Below are positions 56,603-64,000 of a stretch of DNA of 64,000 bases, piece by piece (the stretch's first letter is position 1; the number at the start of each line of letters is the position of its first letter). The notes beneath the pieces are model-generated. The model did no database searches, was not told where the DNA came from, and worked only from the letters and a program-made list of their open reading frames with translations. Both the position numbers and the translations under genes were made by a program. This DNA is from Lepidodermella squamata (taxonomy: Eukaryota; Animalia; Gastrotricha): assembly GCA_047495785.1 (NCBI GenBank), contig JBLDXI010000032.1, positions 2,790,001 to 2,854,000 on the forward strand, read 5' to 3'.

Positions 56603-58396
56603 TTATCGTCGACGCCTTTCATTGTTATCGAGGGCAGCTATAGTCTTGTTCGACCAGATCGACGAAGATTCTTGGTTATATAAAATCGAAGTTGAAGCTT
56701 CAATTTAAAGCATATTAAAATTTCACTGACCTGGAGCACAAGCCCACGTGCAAACGGGTGCGCATTTGTTGACGATGGGCGTCGTTGCCATGGTTACGCT
56801 TGGAATAGAACCCGAAGCCTGTGTGGTTGCTCCAGCTACTGGCTGGGGTTGTGAAATGAGATTCACTGTATCATCTCCTGTTTTGTTCTGCAGGAAATTC
56901 AACACAGATCTGATATCCGGGCGACGGTCCATGCAAACTCGGAAATCGTACGGGTCAGCGTTGGGGTGACGGGCGCCTGATGCTCCCAGCACTATGTTCT
57001 GCTTACCGCAGTCCTCACTACGGCACAAAACCTTGGTCTTGGCCCCATTCTTCAGCAAAGCATTCATGATTTCAGCGATAGTTTTCAGAGGGCATTGCGA
57101 TAGAGACAACGTGTTGGCCATTCGCATGACCAAGCATAGATCACTTGTGTAATTAGCGTTATTGATCACAGCGCCTCGCTTAATGAGAATTTCGACCATT
57201 CGAGCTGTGTTAGCGCCACATTTTAGTTCACTATCGCCGTTGATTGCAGCAGCGATTGGTTGGATGTTACACACCTTGCTTGTTGTAGTAGGGTCAATTG
57301 GACAAGTGACTGAAGCATTGTTGTAGATCAGATATTCCACTTTCCCTAGCAAGCCAACTGCTGCTGCGGCTTCTAAAGGTGTTGTGCCACTATTGTCTAC
57401 CGCGTCAAGATTTGCCCCGGCTTTGATCAGCCTGATTTTAAATAAATTTCAATTGTTTATTTCACTCATTAATTCTGTTTCCCCGTACCTATTCATCGAT
57501 GGAATGGTTCCCAAGTTGGTTCGAACCGCGACGTGCATCGGAGTCTGCCCAATTCCATTTTGGACATTTGGATCCATCTTAATGATCTGCAGCAAATCAT
57601 CAACCATGCCGTCGTAGTTATTTCGCGCAGCGAAGTGCAACGCCGTATTTCCGCCCACATCCTTGGTTCTCACATCGGCACTGTACGCATTCAGTAACAG
57701 CGCAATTTTTCGTCGGTTATTCATTGCCGCTATAACGAATGGAGCGCGGCCGTATTTGTCTCTCACCTCAATAGCAGCACCTTTATCCAACAAATGTTTC
57801 ACCACGGACAGCTTTCCTAATTCAACCGCGTAGTGAAGGGGTGCAAACTTTTCGGTCGTTGTGTCAACATCATCAAGAATTGACTTCATAACGACCTCTT
57901 GAAGCAGCAATTTGACGAGTTGAATACTTGAATTGCCATAGATGACCGCGTCGTGTAAAATCGTCCTGCCCTGTCTGTCCACTGCCTTGTAAGTATCGTT
58001 CAATGAACCTTTTTCGATCAAGAATTTCGCGGCGTTCAACGAGTGAGTTCGAATAGCAATACGAAGGGCTGTGTTTCCAGCCTGATCCCGCTTGTCCCTC
58101 AATGAAGGGTCTTTCTCCAAGGTCGCAGTCAGAGCCACAACGTCATCACGAGCTGCTGCTTCGTGCAGATTGCCGATTAGGGCAGCTGTTATGTTGTATT
58201 CGATTTCGTAGTCATCGTAGTTGGGTATGACGGTGGGATCTCCTAGATATTGCGATGCAGTTGTGGTTGTTGTTGTGGAGGCAGTAGTAGTCGATTCATC
58301 TTCATAGAAATCATTGGTGTTCTCGTCTTCATCTTCATCCGCTCGCATCGGAGCCACCACCAGGCAAATGAGTAAGACAATTTTACAGATACTCAT
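56603..58396 (-). CDS. Secreted Cys-rich ankyrin-repeat protein, type A, copy 2 (3 exons)
   Basis: Signal MSICKIVLLICLVVAPMRA; collinear with copy 1 with the same introns; ends NNERRRR*. Confidence 0.85.
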
Positions 58397-58856
58397 GTCA
58401 AATCACACTACGAAACGGGCAAAATACTAGATAATTTATTGCGGCTAAAGAAATAAAATGAACATCTGAAAGTGAGGTTCCGATAAATTCTACTTTGTGC
58501 TTGAAGCATTCCACATGTTATGCTATGACCCAAGGTAAAATAATGATAGGTGGTTGGTAAACAGGCGCCAGTTTTTCGTGATCAGTGCGCATTTTTTTCA
58601 AGATCCTTTAATGTGAAAATAATTCCACGAAATTACAAGAAAACATGTAAGCTCATTAAAAGTCAATTAGGTCATTCAAGTCATTGCCAGCTTGACGCAT
58701 CACCTAGCTTTATTATTATTTATCGCTCTGCATTCCGAGCCCTCTAGAGAAAAATTTCGCATTATTTATTCCTCTTATAAGTCAAAAACAAAAATCTTCA
58801 ATTTGTACGTGCGTGATAAGCTGGAGCTTTTCATTTACGTAAATAATATTTTCAAA

Positions 58857-60555
58857 ATGATAACCGGACTTTTCTTGGTGCAAGCGGTGTTTTTTATTTG
58901 TACCGAGGCCGAGGATTACCAATCGGACTTCGGACGAACTACCGGTTTGATCGCGCAGTTACACAACGCAGCAGCAAAGAATGACGCCGCAACTTCCCGG
59001 TCGGTTCTCAGCCAAGATCCACTCATAATAAACACGCGCGATACAAACGGCGAAACAGCCCTTCAAATCGCTGTTCGAACCAATTCAATCGACGTTGTTC
59101 GCCTCCTGATGGATAGATTTTCGCACAACTCAACAGATCATAACACGCCATCGGGGGCAAATCTGCTCCACCAGGCAGTTAGATTCGGCAACGTGGCTCT
59201 CGTTGATTTGCTGACTCGTGATGTGTTCGGCCGAAACTGGATGTCCGCCGCCGATCCAACGAATAATTCTTACCCACTTCACGACGCTGCTAGGCTGGGC
59301 AAGCTCGCTATTGTCAAGATGTTGTTGGAGAAAGGTGCTCCGATCGAATCTACGAATGCAGAAGGTCGTACACCGCTTTTAGTCGCTGTTGCTGAGAACC
59401 AGCAGAGTATAGTAACCATCTTACTGGCCTATAACGCCAACATTAAAGCAAGTGACAACAGAGGTTTAACTGTAGTCCACATCGCTGCTGAAAGGAATTA
59501 CGTAGACCTGTTGAAACTACTGCTGAAAGACAGCCGCGTCTCAGCGGGGATAAAATCGAGAAATAACTCTCGCGAACCTCTCCACACAGCTGTTGAGTCG
59601 GATTATGGCAACCTTGATGCTATGCAATTCCTTATTGACAATGGCGCTAATGTAAGCGCTATCGACTCCATGCGAGATACGCCGCTATCTATCGCAGCCG
59701 CGAAAGGGAAACTGTCAAAAATTGAATTTCTTATCCGGAACAACGCAGCGCTGAACTGTCCGCCAAAAGAGCAATGTGGAAACGACCCCCTTAGCGCTGC
59801 AATCCTGCAACAGAGTGATTCAACAGGTTGTAGCGAGCTTATGATCGATACGGTTGAGTTACTTCTCAGTAAGGGAGTCGGCGTGAAACAGGCAAATTTC
59901 AACAGCCATATCTGTGAGGTCATGCGAATTGCGTCTAATAATGACAACGGCCGGTGTCCGATTATCTGGGTCGCGCAGTTAATTTACGCGTTCACTAGCC
60001 GCGGGGCGAAAACAGCAGTCATGTGTAGCTACCGAGACTGCGGAGACAAACCTATTGCTTCCAGCCGATCCGGAGCTAGGCATCCGAAGGCTGACCCATA
60101 CGATTTCCGAGTTTGTCTGGATCGCCGGCCTGATATACGAGCAGCTCTGAAATATTTGGTTAACACGACGGCCAGCTCAGAGGCTACCCAAGTAAACGGA
60201 ACAGCGACATGGAAAAATAGCAGAACAATCGGTACTTAAGAAAACAATACGCCTTCAAAAATAAGAATGTTAATTGTTCATGTTTTCTTTAGCTCTTCAA
60301 AATATGAAGTGTGCACCGATTTGCTCTTATACCTGCGCCCCAGGTGAGTGACTAACTAGATTGAGACATAGTTAGGTTTGTTTTTTTGCAGAGAATTCGC
60401 CATATTGGACGGCCCCTAAACTTGACGGTGTCGATGACGACTTGATTGAAGTTCAAGTGCCACTACCAGTTCGTGGTCCAACTTCAACATCTCGCCGGCC
60501 AAGTTTTTCGGGCTCTGGCTCTCGACGCGCTTCTAGCACTGGTGCTCGCAAGTAA
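58857..60555 (+). CDS. Secreted Cys-rich ankyrin-repeat protein, type B, copy 2 (3 exons)
   Basis: ATG 58857 MITGLFLVQAVFFICTEA aligns with the B1 start (the track start at 58692 is TTG). Same terminal exons; ends SSTGARK*. Confidence 0.85.
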
Positions 60556-61539
60556 TAAACATGATGATTCGTCATTCTGCAAAAGGATGAGCAACATTCT
60601 TGACATACCGTGTTAAAAGTACATTGTAATGTCTGCCGCAATTCCTCTCAATAAAACCTTATTTAATTCCACAGAAATCCCGAAACCCTACAATTTTGTT
60701 CTGCGAGATCTATAATCTCTAAGTAACTTTGTTAGTCGCATTCTATCCGCAAACCGGAATTTCCTCTTACTAAGGTGACCCATTTTTCGCTCTTGATGAA
60801 ATTGTCTCCGTCTCATTCAAACGAGGAGTAGCCTACGATGGGCCCGAACCTGAGTCAATTTTTAGGTGGTACTCGCATGTTGTCTTGCAGGCAGCGCCCT
60901 TAGAACACCCCAGAAGAAAAAGAAGAAATCGAGTCCTCAGTCGAACTAACTGTCAGGGAAACGTCATGACTTTTGCACTACTATATACTTCACTGTGAAT
61001 TAATCGAACATTGATCGTTGGAATTCAAGGCCTTAAATATTGGCGATACAAATCTAAGTCGAACACGCGATCACTTCCTAATTAGCTATCACATGAGAAT
61101 CACAATATTGTTCGCGTAGATGCCAGCCGCCAACCGGCGCATCGTTACACTCACAATGCGCAGTTGCCGGGGCACAGTCCATCCCCAAGACGTAAGATGA
61201 CTTGATGTTGGGCAGAGTTTGACGCTCCTTTCAAATCGTACCAAATTTAGAGCAAGAAACAATGTAACTCAGAATCAGCTGACTGGAATGAATCTAAACC
61301 TTGACTCCCGAATCATCCAAGCTCATACAAGCTCATATATAAAAGAGAGAACTTTGGGAGAATGAAGCGCTGAGAAAAGTGGTTAGGCAGTCGACAGCCA
61401 CAACTGCAACACCTGGTAATTGCTTTATTTCGCTAAAACCAACTCATACGCAGGGCCACAAGTCCATGCGGGTTACATGTTGTTTTGTCAAGGATTAATT
61501 TCAAAATTATTTTAATTCCTTTCAGATAGCCTTTTATCT

Positions 61540-63802
61540 TCAACGACTGTCATTGTTATCGAGGGCAGCTATAGTCTTGTTCGTCCAGATGGAAGAAGAT
61601 TCTTGGTTACATAAAATTTGAAATTTTAGCCAAGATTTAAATAATCTACTGAACTTTTGTACTAACCTGGAGCGCAAGCCCATGTGCAAACGGGTGCGCA
61701 TTTGTTAACAATAGGTGTCGTTGTCCTGGTTACGCTCGTAATCTTAACCGTCGGCCGAGTGGTCCCTGCAAAAGTTTGTGTTGATAGCGAAACTATATTT
61801 CCTGCTTCACCCGAAGGCGGAGTGCTTCCTCCAGCAACAGGCTGGGTTTGTGAGACTGGGCTACCCGTCCGCCGAGTGGTAACTGCAACAGTCGTGGGTG
61901 CTGTCGTAACTACTGTTTCGTCGATAGTTTTGTTCTGCAAGACGTTCAACACCGATCTGATATCCGGGCGACGGTCCATGCAAACGCGGAAATCGTACGG
62001 GTCCGCGCTAGGGTGACGAGCGCCTGATGCTCCCAGCACGATGTTCTGCTTACCGCAGTCTTCACTACGGCACAAAACTTTGGTCTTGGCCCCATTCTTC
62101 AGCAACGCATTCATTAATTCGGCGATAGTTTTTACAGGGCATTGCGACAGAGACAACGTGTTGGCCATTCGCATGACCAAGCATAGATCGCTGGTGTAAT
62201 TGGCATCGTTGACAACAGCCCCTCGTTTGAGAAGAAGCTCGACCATTTTAACCGTGTTAGGACCGCATTTCATCTCGCCATCGCCGTTGATCGCGGCAGA
62301 GATTGGTTGAATGTTGCATGTTTTATCAGTAGTTTCATGTTGTTTCGGGCAGGCTACGGAAGCATTGTTATAAATTAGGTATTCAACCTTTCCTAACAAG
62401 CCAAGTGATGCTGCGGCCTCTAACGGTGATATGCCACTATTGTCTTCCGCGTCAAGTTTTGCCCCGCCTTTGATCAGTCTGGTTTTGTACATTTGAATTT
62501 TTATCAACTTTTAAGTCTGATTTTATGAGAAGTAACTTTAGGTGATTTAATTGTTTGTTTTACCTGTTCATGGCTGGAATGGTTCCCAAGTTGGTTCGAA
62601 CAGCTACGTGCATTGGAGTCTGGCCAAAGTTATTTCTAACGTTCGGATCCAGCTTCATGATTTGAAGCAGATCACCGACCATACCGTCGAAGTTGTTTCG
62701 CGCCGCATAGTGCAGCGCTGTATTTCCGCCCTTGTCCGTCGCCATCACATTTGCACTGTACATATTAAGTAGCTGCGCGATTTTTCTTCGGTTATTTATT
62801 GCCGCTAAAACGAATGAGGTGCGTCCGTAATGGTCTTTCTCCTCAATATCAGCACCTCCGTCCAACAAATGCTTCAATGCGGAAAGTTTTCCCAGCTCAA
62901 CTGCGTAGTGAATGGGTGCAAATTCTTCGGGGGTCGAGTCATTCCAATCAATTATAATCTTCATAACATCTTCTCGAAGCAGCAATTTGACGACGTTGAC
63001 GCTTGAATTCCCATAGATGACCGCGATGTGTAAAATATTCCTGTGCCGGCTGTCCACTTGTCTGTACGTGGCATTCAATGCACCTCTTTCTATGAAAAAT
63101 TTGACGACGTTATACGATTGACTTCGAACAGCGATGCGAAAAGCTGTATCTCCATTTTGATCTCGCTTGTTCTCCATACTCGGATCTTGCTCAAGGGTAG
63201 CATTTACGGCTACAACGTCATCACGAGCCGCTGCTTCGTGTAAATTGGCGATTAGAGCGGCTGTTATGTTGTAGTCGACTTCGTATTCGTCGTAGTTGGG
63301 TAAGACGCTGGGATATAAAGAATTTTGCGATGCAGTTGTTGTTACTGTGGTTGCACTGGTAGTCGAGTCATCGTCATTAAAATCATTCATTGTGTGACCA
63401 CTTAAAAGTCCAATCCAATGCGCACGCTGATTGGTCAATCGATCGTTGCTATGACTCCCGGATGAAACGTTCTGTCGTGCGATCCATAAGATTTTTTGCA
63501 ACAAGTGTTTTTTGCCGCAGCAATTTACCACAATTAATATGGAGTTTACGCTCGTGGTCAATGGAAACCGGGCAGAGGGTGTGGCAAGGTCATTTTTTTC
63601 ATAAATATAAAATAATTTATTAGTGGATCGCACGACGGAAATGTTTCATTCCGGAGTCATTAGCTACGATAAATTGACCAATCAGCGTGCGCCCCAAGGT
63701 TCAACTTACCAGTGGTTCCACAATGTTATCGCCCCCGTCTTCATCCGCTCGTATCGGAGCCACCACCATGCAAATGAGTAAGACAAGTTTGCAGATTATC
63801 AT
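61540..63802 (-). CDS. Secreted Cys-rich ankyrin-repeat protein, type A, copy 3; exon 1 interrupted by a TIR element (new intron or pseudogene)
   Basis: Start MIICKLVLLICMVVAPIRADEDGGDN at 63802 matches A2. Coding resumes at MNDFNDDDSTT after a 332-bp insertion. The rest is intact and ends DNNDSR*. Confidence 0.75.
63391..63722. mobile_element. MITE with about 110-bp imperfect TIRs, TG...CA termini and a putative AT target-site duplication
   Basis: Left arm tgtgtgaccact...gcgcacgctgattggtcaat...gtcgtgcgatcca pairs with right arm tggatcgcacgac...attgaccaatcagcgtgcgc...agtggttccaca. Flanked by AT at 63389-63390 and 63723-63724. Absent from paralog A2. Confidence 0.88.
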
Positions 63803-64000
63803 TTCAAATCGCGCTCAAACACGGGCAAAAGAAAACTCAAAATGTAAATGAAGCAATGAAAATGAAGTTTATGCTATATTCTCGTGGTTACTTTTTAGTT
63901 ACACGTAATATGCGATGATAACGTTAATTTTCATCGCCTCATTTCGTGATTGTCATGCATTTTTTCAATATCAAGCTGCAATCTAATCAGGCTATAAATA

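Noticed and set aside
63391-63633. N-terminal 80 aa of the ORF-track protein 62560-63633
   Set aside because: Read-through into the MITE; the real signal-peptide exon starts at 63802 by homology with A2.

Overview
Gene-dense window from a compact animal (invertebrate) genome. Introns are GT-AG and mostly about 45-60 nt, so many genes are split across, or missing from, the ORF track. The organism cannot be named from sequence alone. Order of contents: (1) the 5' part of a secreted multi-Sushi/CCP protein (minus strand, runs off the window); (2) two tandem NCLX/CCX-type (SLC8B1-like) cation/Ca2+ exchangers; (3) 12 intronless, co-oriented, highly divergent Cys-loop (nAChR-like) channel subunit genes that lack the canonical acetylcholine-binding residues; (4) five opposite-strand three-exon Ly6/three-finger genes, three interleaved with the receptors and two nested in an intron of a TRPM channel; (5) an apparently exact 4.79-kb tandem duplication carrying two receptors plus one Ly6 gene; (6) a GNAT-like gene; (7) three tandem two-exon orphan class A GPCRs; (8) a repeated head-to-head pair of secreted, cysteine-rich ankyrin-repeat genes (A-/B+, A-/B+, A-) with an LDLa-repeat gene between the pairs. 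Several MITE-like inverted-repeat elements are present, and one sits inside a coding exon and supplies its own splice donor. The strongest candidates for an undescribed system are the orphan Cys-loop receptor array with co-clustered Ly6 modulators inside a wider sensory-type gene neighbourhood, and the paired secreted ankyrin genes. All gene models were spliced by eye.
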